Origin: Vicugna vicugna
Lineage: Eukaryota
DNA length: 64,000 nt
Assembly (NCBI GenBank): GCA_013265495.1
Contig: MU058658.1
Location: 557,059 to 621,058 of the forward strand
Reading direction: 5' to 3'
Shown: positions 52,666 to 64,000 of the stretch, piece after piece
Layout: the number at the start of each line of letters is the position of its first letter
Numbering within the stretch: position 1 is the first letter of the stretch
Made by a program: the position numbers and the translations under genes
Notes under the pieces: model-generated
Databases searched by the model: none
Seen by the model: the letters and a program-made list of their open reading frames with translations, nothing else
What the model was told of the DNA's origin: nothing

Positions 52666-54809
52666 TCAACTAGGAACTCTCTGACGGTAAAGGAGGCCAG
52701 ACCTATCAGTAAAAGATTTCCCACATTCACTGGACTCAGGCGGCTTTCCTCCAGTGTGAACTCTCTGATGATAACACAGGCTAGACCTAGCAGTAAAAGA
52801 TTTCCCACACTGACTGCACTCATAAGGCTTTTCTCCACTGTGAACTCTCTTATGATAACGAAGGCCAGATCTATCGGTAAAAGATTTCCCACATTCACTG
52901 CACTCATAAGGGGTTTCTCCAGTGTGAACTCTCTGATGATAAAGGAGGCCAGACTTACAAATAAAAGATTTTCCACATTCACTACATGTATAAGGCCGCT
53001 CTCCCGTGTGAACTCTCTGATGATTAACGAGGCCAGCCCTACCAATATAAGATTTCCCACATTCACTACACTTATAGGGCCGCTCTCCAGTGTGAACTCT
53101 CTGATGATATCGAAGGCTAGACCTAGCAGAAAAAGATTTCCCACACTGACTGCACTCATAAGGCTTTTCTCCAGTGTGAAGTCTCTGATGTATAAGGAAC
53201 TTGGAGTTGTTGGTAAAAAATTTCCCACATTCACAGCATTCGTAAGGTCTTTCTCCAGTGTGAACTCTCTGATGATAACGGAGGCCAGATCTACCAATAA
53301 AAGACTTCCCACACTCACTGCACTTAAAAGGCCGCTCTCCAGTGTGAACTCTCTGATGGTAACAGAGGCTAGACCTAGAAGTAAAAGACTTCCCACACTC
53401 ACTGCACTCATAAGGCTTTACTCCACTGTGAACTCTCTGATGTGTAAGGAATCTGGAGTTATTACTAAAAAATTTTCCACATTCACTGCATTCATAAGGA
53501 CTTTCTCCAGTGTGAACTCTCTGATGTATAAGAAAGCTGGATTTTTTGATAAAAAACTTCCCACATTCACTGCATTCATAAAGCCTTTCTCCAGTGTGAA
53601 CTCTCTGATGTGTAAGGAATCTGGAATAGTAGGTAAAACACTTGCCACATTCACTACACTGATAAGGCTTTTCTCTAGTGTGAACTCTCTGGTGTTGAAT
53701 AAAGTTGCACCTTCGGATAAAAGATCTATCACAGTCCTTGCAGTCGTAAGGATTTGCTCCCGTGTGGATTTTCCTATGGGCACTGAGGTGGTGGCTTCCG
53801 CTAAATGACTTCCCACACTCACTGCACTTGTAAGGCCTTTCTCCACTATGAATTCTCTGGTGTATAAGAAAACTGAATTTCCTGCTAAAAAATTTTCCAC
53901 ATACATTGCACTCATAACGCCTTTCTCCAGTGTGAACTCTCTGATGTTGAGTGAAGTTGCACCTCCGGATAAAAGATTTGTCACATTCCTTGCACTCATA
54001 AAGCTCTTCTCCAGTGTGGATTCTTCTGTGCGTACTGAGGTGGAGGCTTCGGCGAAAGCATTTCCCACACTCGCTGCACTTATAAGGCCCTTCTCCAGCA
54101 TGAACTCTGTGATGTGTAAGGAAACTGGATTCCCTGCTGTAACATTTTCCACGTTGGTTGCATTCACAAGGGTTTTCTTCAGGGGGAACTTCCTGGAGCT
54201 CTTGAATAAGGTTACACTTTTTGGTGCAAGCTTTCCCACAACTGCTGCACTCACACAACCCTTCACTACAGAGGGCTCTTCCATCCTGAACAAGCACATC
54301 TGTCTGGCTGGAGGCTTTTCTGCATTCTCCCCAGCTGGGATGACTTCTTCCACTCTGAAAAACAGCTCCACACTCACTACTGTTGTTTACTTTCTTCCTG
54401 GGATCAGCGTCCTGTTGCTGAAGTCCCATGTTGGCCAAGAAGTCCTTCCCAATTTCCCTACAGGTAAAGAGATTCCTTGATGCATGGGCTGTGCAGGTCT
54501 TCAAAAATGCGGGTCTCCACAGATCACATCTGAAGGGTTTGTCTCTAACGAGCTGCCTCTGGTGCTGCTGAAGGTTTGCAGTGAAATAGAATTGTTTCCC
54601 ACATGCTCCACATGTGTATGATTTCTGCCCCCTATTTCTTCCTTCATGTTCAGCCAAGTGGAGGATGTCTCTCAAGACTGGAACACACATCCTACAGGGC
54701 TGGGACTTCTCAGGAGACACAGCTGCCTTGGGGGTCCTGGTCTGTGACATTCCTACAAATATGCTCTGTTCAGAAGGTGTCTCCTCACCCTCGACTCCAT
54801 GCAAAGAAT
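52666..54809 (-). CDS. Final coding exon of a KRAB C2H2 zinc-finger gene: spacer plus 16 intact fingers (54084-52741) and degenerate flanking fingers; KRAB-A exon not in the window
   Basis: Open ORF 52666..54936; acceptor TTGTTTGTTTCCAG| at 54810/54809, phase 1, followed by (D)[15 protein letters not shown]; tandem CxxC-12-HxxxH with TGEKP-type linkers. Confidence 0.93.
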
Positions 54810-55356
54810 CTGGAAACAAACAAGTGATGGTAAAGTACATGGTGACTTTTTTTGGAGAGCACAGAGGGAGTGACACACTCCCACAATTGTACCTCTGACA
54901 CATGAAACTACCAGTCCACGGGACTGTGTTCTGCAAATGGAGCTGGCGTCAGACTGAGGAAGCAGCTGCTCTGTGTTACTGGGCCTTCAACTTACAAAAT
55001 GTAGGCTGAAGTGTATGTCCAGGCCCAAGAAAATCTGCCTGGAAAAGGCAGTTGATGTTCAAGAAATATTAAAGGATACCTGTGTGCTTCAGGACATAAA
55101 CAGTGTCATAAATTAGTATGGGGGAAACAGTGTGAAGACCACATGAGATTAAGTGGTCTAGAGAGGTGGTAGGGAATTAATCCCAGGCTGGAGTCAGAAT
55201 AAAAACAAGTCAGCAGAGTGTCAAGAATTAAAGGATGATAGAGGTCATTTGTGGCCAGTGACAATGGCACTAAAAAAATAATCAGGTAAGATTGGTTCCT
55301 GAAATGGCTTGAACACAGACCAGATACCAAGCCCTCTCCCAGCCGTAATTCATCAT

Positions 55357-55478
55357 TCATCCAGGCCTCCTCTGAGCTGTTTTTGCTAAGACCAGAGCCA
55401 TGTCCATCAGGAAACCACTAAGGACTGAGTTCCCAGAGGAGCTCAGTTCACAACAGACAAACAAATGACATTGAAATA
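55357..55478 (-). other. Degenerate KRAB-B-like exon in the ZNF intron
   Basis: Acceptor TTCTCTTTGTAG retained; ends MDMALVLAKTAQRRPG* with no GT donor. Confidence 0.5.
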
Positions 55479-55529
55479 CTACAAAGAGAATGTCCAGTAG
55501 AGCCAGAGGCAAGGATGTACAGAGCATGG

Positions 55530-58500
55530 AGTACAAAGTGCTAGGAAGCCATCTCCCCATCTAAACAATTGTACTGGCAGAACCTAACTGATGTAACTAT
55601 TTTGCAAAGCTGCAGTCTACTGAAGACTTGCAGCTTTCCAAGTCACATTCATCTCAATCAAGTTCAGCTCTTGACATTTAACAGCTACCCATTCCCAACC
55701 CCTCAGTCCCAAGGCAGGCAGCCGCGCACACGTCCCTAGAGCAGTTTGCTTGTAGCCTGCAGGAGCCACAGTGAGCAATAATGACATGCTCCTCCAAATG
55801 TCAGAGGTCGGCACTCAGGTTGCTGACTGTTACTTCTGAATGCAGATGTGCAACGGGCGGCTGGGGGGACAGCCACTGTTGGAAATTGTACCACCGCTAT
55901 ACAGATACCCTCCTCCTCTGGGGGAAGCCAATCCAGGAATTTAGAGGGCCAGTACCTGTTCTCTTGTTCTTCGTTTTTCTGGTTTTCCCTTTGGATACTG
56001 AGATGTTTGAGGACAAAGACAATAAAAAACCAGCAGTTATATGGGGGAATTTTAAAAATCAAAGCACATCTGGAAGGAAAGGCACACTGAGAAGAACTTA
56101 AGTTTACACGCCATGTTGGTATCTAGGAAAAAGACACCTTAAAAACAACAGAAAGAACCCACCACCCCAGCAAATCCTGGTAAGAGGTGAGAACAGGATC
56201 TCCACAGTTACAATACTGTAAGATACGAATACTCAGTTTTCAGTAAGAAAAAGTCGTAAGGCATACATGAAAGAGGAATGTAGAATGCATGCAAGGGAAA
56301 ATAACAAACCTACAGCAGCCATAGCTTATGAACAGGTGCAGAAAGAACCCACGATTAAAGACATTAAAACAACTATCTAAAAGATGTTCAAACAGCTAAA
56401 AAACCAAATGGACCAAAAAAACTTGTGACCTCAACAAAATGGAAATAACAACAAAGATAAGTATTTTCAAAAATGAAACTAAGGAGCTGAAAAGTACAAT
56501 TCCCGAATGAAAAAAACCACAGGAATTTAACAAAGGAAAGCATTCCAGATTTTATGAAAGACATGAATATAAACACCCAAGAACCTCAACAAACTCCAAG
56601 CAGGATAAACTCTGAGACCCACACTGCAGCCCATTATAGTCAAAACCGTTAAAACACAGAGAAAAAGAGAATCTGAAATCAGCAAGAGAGATGTGACTCA
56701 TCACAGAAAAGGGAACCAGAACAACATTCTCAGCAGACTCCTCATCAAAAATCTTGGGAGGCTGGAAAGCAGTGGCTGATAAATTCAAATCAATGAAGGG
56801 AAAAAATCCTGCCAAACAAGACTCCTATATCAGGAAGAATTATCCTTCAAAAATGAAGGAGAAATTAAGACATTCCCAAGTAAACAAAAGCTGAGGAAGT
56901 TCTTAACCACTAGACCTGCACGTAGCAAATGCTAAAGGGAGTGCTTCAGGTTAAAATGAACAGACACTAAAGAGTAATTCAAAGTTATTTGAGTAAATAA
57001 TGATTTCTGGTGAAGTAAATAAGTCCATGGAAAATTGTAAAAGCTACTTTTATTATAAGGTTGTAACTGCAATTTTTGTTTTTCTACGATTTCAGAGACT
57101 AATACATTTAGAAAAATATTAGTCTCAGTTTAAACACACAAAATACAAAGATGTACTTTGTGAAATGAATAACTGAATATGGTGGGCACAGAGCTGTACT
57201 GAAGCAGAATTTTTTTTAATATTATTGATGGTAAGCGGGTATAAATTAAAATTAGTACGTTCTGGCTTTCTCATAGTTACTGTAATGCCCATGGTAACTA
57301 CAAGGAAAGTTCTATAACATACACAAAGGAAATGAAAAGGGAATTAGTATATTACACTACGAAACATCAGTTAAATACAAAAAAAGGTAAACAACAAAAA
57401 TAAGAGACAACAAAGCTCTATGGCATATAGAAAACAGAGCAAAATGTCTAAAATACTTCTTATCAACAACTGCTCTAAATGTATGTGTATTAAACTCTCA
57501 AAGCAAAAGACTGGAAGAATAGATTTTTAAAAATAATCCAACTATATTCTCATGACAAAAGACAAGTTGAAAACGTAAGGTTAGAAAAAGATTTTCCATG
57601 CAAATAGCAAGCAAAAGAACACAGAAGTGGCTATTATTAATACCAAACAATAAAGATTTTAAGTCTAAAAAGAACACATAGGATATTATATTTTAACAAG
57701 AGAGTCAATAAATATAAGATGCAATAATTAAAAATATTTACACACCCAGTAATGGACCAGCAAAATATATGGTGCAAAAACTGACAACTGAAAGGAGAAA
57801 CAGTTCTTCAGTAATATTTGGAGACTTCAATACTCCGATCTCAGTAATGAATAGGAAAAATAGGTTCAATTACATAAAAATCATGCAAACTATCCTCTGC
57901 AACCACAACAGAAGACAGAAACCAGTAACATATGGAAAACCAAAATATTCACAAACTTGTGGAACTAAAACCACATGCTCTTAATCAACAGTCAAAAGAA
58001 AAACCACAAGGGAAATCAGAAAACAAAAAATAAAACATACTAAAACTTAAAGGGTGCAGCCCCTTCTCCCTGGCGGTTAGTGCTGACAGTGTGGAGTGTG
58101 TGCTCTGGGATGGGAACACCCATTTATTGTTTAAAAACCCTAAAAAACAAAAAATAATCTAAAAACAACTTTTAAAAAACAAAAAAAATTTACAAAAACT
58201 CCGCGTCTCCCCCGGCAGAGACTTGCATACCTTTTCTTCCTCTAGTATCAAGCAACCTGGTGATGCAGCCCACCCGCGCGCAGCCCCGCTGCAGCTCCAA
58301 GAAGGAACCAGGAGACCCGAGGCCCCCTTAGCCCCCTCGCTGAGGCCGCTGAGCAGTTTTCGATTCCGGGCGCTCTCTGTTTCTGCGCGCTCGCCCCTGC
58401 TCTTTGCTTCCCGGCCCAGCACTTGCTTTCCTCCTCCCCTGGGCAGGTCGCGGCCGGTGGCCCTCTGGCAGCCAAGCGGAGATGAAACCCAGCGTCCACA

Positions 58501-60950
58501 GCCACCCCACGGCCTCGCTCCACCTGGGGGACCTACACCCCAACGTGACACAGGCAATGCCCCCACAGGAAGTGCAGGCCGGCCGGGCCCACCCTTTCAA
58601 TCCGAGTCTGCAGGGCATGATCACCCGCCGCTGCTCGGGACACGCTGAGCGCCCTCTGGACACCATGAGTTTTGGTTATAAAAGGCAAAGCCAGTACACG
58701 CCACGTGGTCTCAGCGTGATCCATCACTTCGCAAAAGTGCAGTGAGTAACACATTCATTAAACATTTGGACAAATCTACTGATAACAAAGCCCTGTGTGA
58801 TATATTTTCTGCTTTTGGTAACATCCTTTCATGTAAGATGGTTTGTGATGAAAATGGTTCCAAGTGTTATGGACTTGTGCATTTTGAGACACAAGCAGCA
58901 GCAGCAAGAGCTACTGAAAAATGAATGGGATGCTTCTAAATGATCCTGAAGTACCTGTTGGACGATTTAAGTCTTGTAAAGAACGAGAAGCAGAACTCGG
59001 AGCTTAGAGCCAAAGAGTTCACCAATGTTTACATCATGAATTTTGGAGTGCCTTAAGGATCTCTTTGGGAAGTTTGGGCGTCCTTAAGCGTGAAAATAAC
59101 GACTGATGAAAATCCAAAGGTTTTAGATTTTGTAAGCTCTGAAAGGCATGAAGATGCACAGAAAGCTATGGATGAGATGAATGGAAAGGAGCTCAATGGA
59201 AAACACATTTACACTGGTCGAGCACTAAAGTCTAACAGCCGACAGAACTTGAGCACAAATTTGAACAGATAAAGCAAGGTAGGATCACCAGACAGGAGGG
59301 GGTGTTAACCTTTGTGTGAGAAGCACCGACGACGGGACTCACGATGAACGTCTCCGGAGGGTTTCCTCTCTGTGGTACAATCACCAGTGCAAGGTTATGA
59401 TGAAGGGTGGTTGCAGCAAAGGTCTTTTTAGTTTTGTATGTTTCTCCTCCCCAGAAGCAGCCACTAAAGCAGTGACAGAAAAGAATGGTAGAACTGTGGC
59501 CACCAAGCCATTTTATGTAGCCTTAGCTCTGCGCAAAGAAGAGCGCCAGACTCACCTCACTAACCAGTATATGCAGAGAATGGTGAGTTTAAGAGCTGTG
59601 CCTGACCCCAGAATCAACCCCTACCAGCCAGCACCCCCTTCAGGTTACTTCATGGCAGCTATCCCAAACTCAGAACCTGCTGCGTACTATCCCCCCCAGC
59701 CATACTGCTCAACTAAGACCACATCCTCGCTGGACCGCGCAGGGTGCCAGACTTCATCCATTCCAAAACATGCCCGGTGCTATCCGCCCAGCTGCTCCTA
59801 GACCAGCATTTAGCACTATGAGACCAGCTTCTTCACAGGTCCCACGAGTCCTGTCGACACAGCGTGTGGCTAACACACCAGCACAGATGATGGGTCCACA
59901 TCCTGCATCTGCTGCTGCAGCTACTCCTGCCATTTGCACGGTTCCACAGTATAAATACACTGCAGGAGTTCCCAATCCTCAACAACTTCTTAATGCACAG
60001 CCACAAGTTACTGTGCAGCAGTGTGCTGTTCACGCACAAGGTCAGGAGCCTTTGACTGCTTCCATGTTGGCATCTGCCCCTCCACAAGAGCAGAAGCAAA
60101 TGTTGGGTGAATGGCTCTCCCCTCTAATTCAAGCCATGTACCCTACTCTTGCTGGTAAAATCACTGGCATGTTGTTGGAGACTGATAATTCAGAGCTTCT
60201 TCATATGCTCGAGTCTCCAGTCTCTCCGTTCTAAAGCTGATGAAGCTGTAGCTGTGCTACAAGCCCACCAAGCTAAAGAGGCTGCCCAGAAAGCAGTGAA
60301 CAGTGCCACTGGTGTTCCAGCTGTTTACAGCTGATCAGGAGCCATGAAAAGAAACTTGTGCTTCACCGAAGAAAAATACGTAAACACCGAATAACTTGAA
60401 TATTATGGGGAAAAAATTGCAAAATATGAAATGAATTTAAAAAGGAAAGGAAACTTCGAACTTTATGTACTGAGCAAATGCCAGGTCTAGCAAATATAAT
60501 GCTACACCTAGATTACTTACTGATTTTAAAACAACAAAAAACTACAAAAAACAGTAAAATATAAAAACAAATTAATGTTTTATAGACCCTGGGAAAAAGA
60601 ATTTTCAACAAAGTACAAAAATTTAAAGCATTCCTTTAATTTTGTAATTCTTTATTGTGGAATAGCTCAGAATGTCAATTCTCTTTTAAGTAACAGAACT
60701 GACAACTGAGCAAGGAAATGTAATTTGGATTATAAAATTCTTGCTTTAATAAAAATTCCTTAAACAGTGAAAAAAAACCTTTTAGGATGCAGCAAAATGC
60801 AGTACTAAGGGGGAAACTGAAAGCTATAAATGCATTTAAAAAAGAAATGTTATGAATAAACAACCCATCTTTAAAACTTGACAAAATACAAAAATAACAA
60901 ACCAAACAGATTTCTGAAAAAGGAAACAATAAAGACTAGAGAAATAAAAT
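55530..60950 (+). mobile_element. Old L1 (5' region, ORF1, ORF2 endonuclease part) interrupted by the PABPC1 retrocopy
   Basis: ORF1 strings (TTATCCTTCAAAAATGAAGGAGAAATTAAGACATTCCCA), endonuclease IFGDFNTPIS at ~57.8 kb; L1 sequence resumes at 60794. Confidence 0.85.
58061..60777 (+). pseudogene. PABPC1: PABPC1 processed pseudogene, full length (5'UTR, disrupted CDS 58482-60328, 3'UTR, poly(A))
   Basis: Intronless; [89 protein letters not shown]; many frameshifts and stops; AATAAA 60748-60753, A tail, TSD. Confidence 0.97.
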
Positions 60951-60954
60951 AGCC

Positions 60955-62185
60955 AGACCATTCTGTTCTTCTTAACAAGGCCTGCCTTCAGCAGAAACTA
61001 TTTAACCAAAGCCCAATCATCTGCTTTAGTTTCATTAGAGCCTAACTGATCTGGGAAAAAGGAATTAACCCAAATCCAGCCTCTCCCACCCATCCGGTCC
61101 CACCTAAGGGAGAGAAAAATAAACTGAGAAACACTTGTGAAGTTCACAGTCCTGACACACAGGCTCAATGAAGGCCTGAAAATTAAAAATACCATGAATG
61201 CTTACAGGACTCCGCATGCTTCTCCTCTCCACATCTTACCAGCACATCAGAGAGGCCTCTTTACTATGGTTCCTTTCACCCAATACATCATGCTAGTTAT
61301 CAAGAAAAGATGCAGGGCACATTAAAAGTCAAAAAAAAAGTTTAAGTGACAAAGGAAGCTTCATAACTCAATCAAAATCACAGGGAGGCTGGAATGATCA
61401 AAGTGGGAACATAAATGTTATGCTGCCAATGGATAAAGGAGACAGCATACAAGACCAGAAGCACAATGTAAGCAGAGAGACGGAAATAGTGAGAAGGAAC
61501 CAAAACAAATGCCAGGGATCAAAAACACCGTTAACAGAAATGAAGAATGATTGTGGTGGCTTATTCATACAATGGACAAACCTAAAGAAAGAATCTCTGA
61601 GCACGATGTTCTCTTGGTAATAACACAGAAAGACTCAAAAAAAGAACAGTCATTAACTGTGGGATAACTCCAAAAAGGTTTAGCATACATGTATGGGAAC
61701 ATCACAAGAACAAAGAGAAAAAAAAAATTTGAACCAAAACTGATGGAAAATTTCCACCAAAGTAACATCAGACTAAACCCACAGATTCAGGAAGCTCAGA
61801 GAATATCAAGCACATTTGATGCCAAAAAAACTGCACCTAGGCATACCAAATTCGAATTCAGGGGGGGAAAAATTCTGAAAGAAGCCTAAGGAATAAACAC
61901 CTTACCTATAAAGGAGCAATAAAAAGATTACATTTGTGTTCTCCTCCTAGCTCATGCAAAGAAGAAACTGGAATGAGACATTTAAAGTGCTGGGAGGCAT
62001 GAGGAAAACCTCACCAACCTAGAATTTGGTGTCCATCAAAATTACCCTTCAAAGGTGATGGTGAGATAAAGGCTTTCTTAGACACACAAAAACTGTGGGA
62101 ATATATGAAGTTCTTGAGAGTTGAAAAATGATGGATCAGAAATTTGGGTATCATACAGAAAGGAAGAGCATCAGAGAACAAAAGA
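60955..62185 (+). mobile_element. Second old L1 5'/ORF1 fragment
   Basis: LMENFHQSNIRLNPQIQEAQRISSTFDAKKTAPRH is L1 ORF1-like. Confidence 0.8.
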
Positions 62186-63345
62186 ATTCCATTGACATAT
62201 AATTGACATGTAACACTGTATTTGTTTAAGGTGTACAACATGATGATATGTGTACACACTGTGCAATGATGACCAATGTAAGATTAGTTAGCATCATAGT
62301 CACAATAATTTATCTTGTGATGAGAACTTTTAAGATCTACTCTATGATTAACTTTCAAATATACAATACAATACTGTTAACTATAGTCACCATGCTGTGC
62401 ATTACCTTCCCAGGACTTATTCACCTTATAACTAAAGGTCTGTAGCTTCTGATACCCTTCATCCATTTCATGCACCCACCCCATCCCCTGCTCTGGCAAC
62501 CTCTGTTCTGTTCTGAGTTAGTTTTTTTTTCCTTTTAGAGATCTCATATAAGTGTGATCATGTAGTACAGTTGACCCCTGAGCAACATGAGTTAGAACTG
62601 CATGGGTCCACTTCTGCACGGGTATTTTTCAATAAATACACACAGCACTACATGATATCCTTGGATGAACCCACAAATGCTAAACTTCAGAATCAGAGAG
62701 CTCATGATGGGACTTAAGCATCTGCAGATTTCAGTATATACAGCGGCTCCTGGAACCAATCCTCTGTGGAAACTGAAGGACAACTGTATTTGTCTTTCTT
62801 TGTCTGACTCATTTCACTTAGCATAATGCCCTCTAGGTCTATCTATGCTGTTGCAAGTGGTGGGATTTCCTTATTTTTTTTTTCATTTATGGTTGAATAG
62901 TACTGAATGATACTCCATATATTGCATATTTCTGGTAGCATTTATCCATCAATGACTCTTAGATTGTTTCCATGTCTTGCAAATGGTAAATAATGTGGCA
63001 ATAAACATGGTATACAGATATCTTTTTGAGATGATTTCACTCCCTTTGGATAAATACACAGAAGTGGAATTGCTCGATCATATGATAGTTCCATTTTTAA
63101 TTTTTTAAGGATTCTCCATACTGTTTACTATAGTTGTTACAATTCCCACCAACACCACACAGAAGTCCCTTTTCTCCGTATCTTCACCAATGCTTATTTC
63201 TCGTCTTTTTGATGATAAACATTTTAACAGGTGTGATGTGGTATCTCATTGTGGTTTTGGTTTCCATTGCCCTGACCATTAGTGATATTGATCATGTTTT
63301 CACATAGCTGTTTGTCATTTACGTATCTTCTTTGGAAAAATATCT
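62186..63345 (-). mobile_element. L1 3' end (antisense) with nested Tigger MITE
   Basis: TTTCACTTAGCATAATGCCCTCTAGGTCTATC, GGTATCTCATTGTGGTTTTG. Confidence 0.85.
62568..62786 (+). mobile_element. Tigger2/MER8-like Tc1-mariner MITE
   Basis: Terminal inverted repeats CAGTTGACCC...GGACAACTG flanked by TA target duplications (62566-62567, 62787-62788). Confidence 0.85.
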
Positions 63346-63349
63346 ACTC

Positions 63350-63930
63350 AGATCTAACAAATAAAAGTCTTTTCAAAAGAACAATAGCAACGATGTACTC
63401 CATTATGCATTCTTATTTATTTTTTTCATTATGCATTTTTATACACAACAGTTACATATGCCTATGTAAAAATTAAATAAATGGCAGCATTAATACAATG
63501 GAAGAGAGAAAATAACTAGGATTTTTTAAAATTATAAGCTATTCAAACTACCCATGAAGCCATATAGTGGTCTTTAAAAGTGGGCTTCAATTAGTTGTAA
63601 ACACATATTGTAAATTCCAGGGCAATTACATAAAAAAATGGAAAGAAAGGAAGCATAACTGATAGGCTAACAAAAAAAAATGAAATTATACAAAATACTC
63701 AAAACTACAAATAGAAGAGTGTACGACTAAAACAGGCAATGAATAGACAATGGTAACAAATCTGTTAGATATTTACACAACTACACCAATATATTAAATG
63801 TCAAAACTCTAAATGTACCAATTAAAAGACAGATTATCAGAGTGGATCAAAAAACAGGACTCAAATATATGTTCTCTCCAAGAAACCCACTTTCAACACA
63901 AAAATACACATAGTTCAAAAAAAGTGGACA
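63350..63930 (+). mobile_element. L1 inter-ORF / ORF2 start fragment, followed by a SINE running off the window end
   Basis: CCAATTAAAAGACAGATTATCAGAGTGGATCAAAAAACAGGAC...CAAGAAACCCAC. Confidence 0.75.
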
Positions 63931-64000
63931 GAAGGGGGAGGGTATAGCTCAAGAAGTAGAGCACATGTTTAGCATGCACAAGGTCCTGGGTTCAATCCCC

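Noticed and set aside
52549..53808. 419-aa plus-strand ORF, plus the 256-aa and 319-aa alternative-frame ORFs over the ZNF exon
   Set aside because: Stop-free antisense and shifted frames are a known by-product of tandem C2H2 codon patterns; they show 28-aa periodicity and no independent gene signals
54810..54936. N-terminal 42 aa of the 756-aa ORF
   Set aside because: Lies upstream of the splice acceptor at 54810 and starts at a non-ATG codon; intronic
59770..60234. 154-aa ORF as a functional PABP C-terminal protein
   Set aside because: Residual frame of a retrocopy with many upstream lesions, and it frameshifts inside the MLLE domain

Overview
Mammalian genomic DNA, most likely camelid: there are more than 20 copies of a tRNA-Ala-like SINE matching my recollection of the camelid Vic-1 type. 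Most of the window is L1, LTR/ERV, DNA-transposon and SINE debris. Gene content: (i) two divergently oriented vomeronasal type-1 receptor (V1R) coding exons, each broken by one frameshift (8621-9570 minus; 22494-23517 plus); (ii) three paralogous V1R promoter/first-exon modules with a shared core motif 144-145 nt from a splice donor, the third (31.2-31.5 kb) having no recognisable receptor CDS; (iii) dead plus-strand KRAB exons at 37.8-39.0 kb; (iv) a CpG island at 41.2-42.0 kb; (v) the intact finger exon (16 C2H2 fingers) of a minus-strand KRAB-ZNF gene whose KRAB-A exon is not in the window; (vi) a ~0.95 kb inverted duplication just downstream of that ZNF; (vii) a full-length PABPC1 processed pseudogene inserted into an old L1 in the ZNF intron. 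The V1R plus KRAB-ZNF mix resembles human 19q13.4 (inference). I see no prokaryote-type system and no clearly new gene family; the most notable signals are regulatory and structural. Repeat family names are from recall, and repeat boundaries are approximate.
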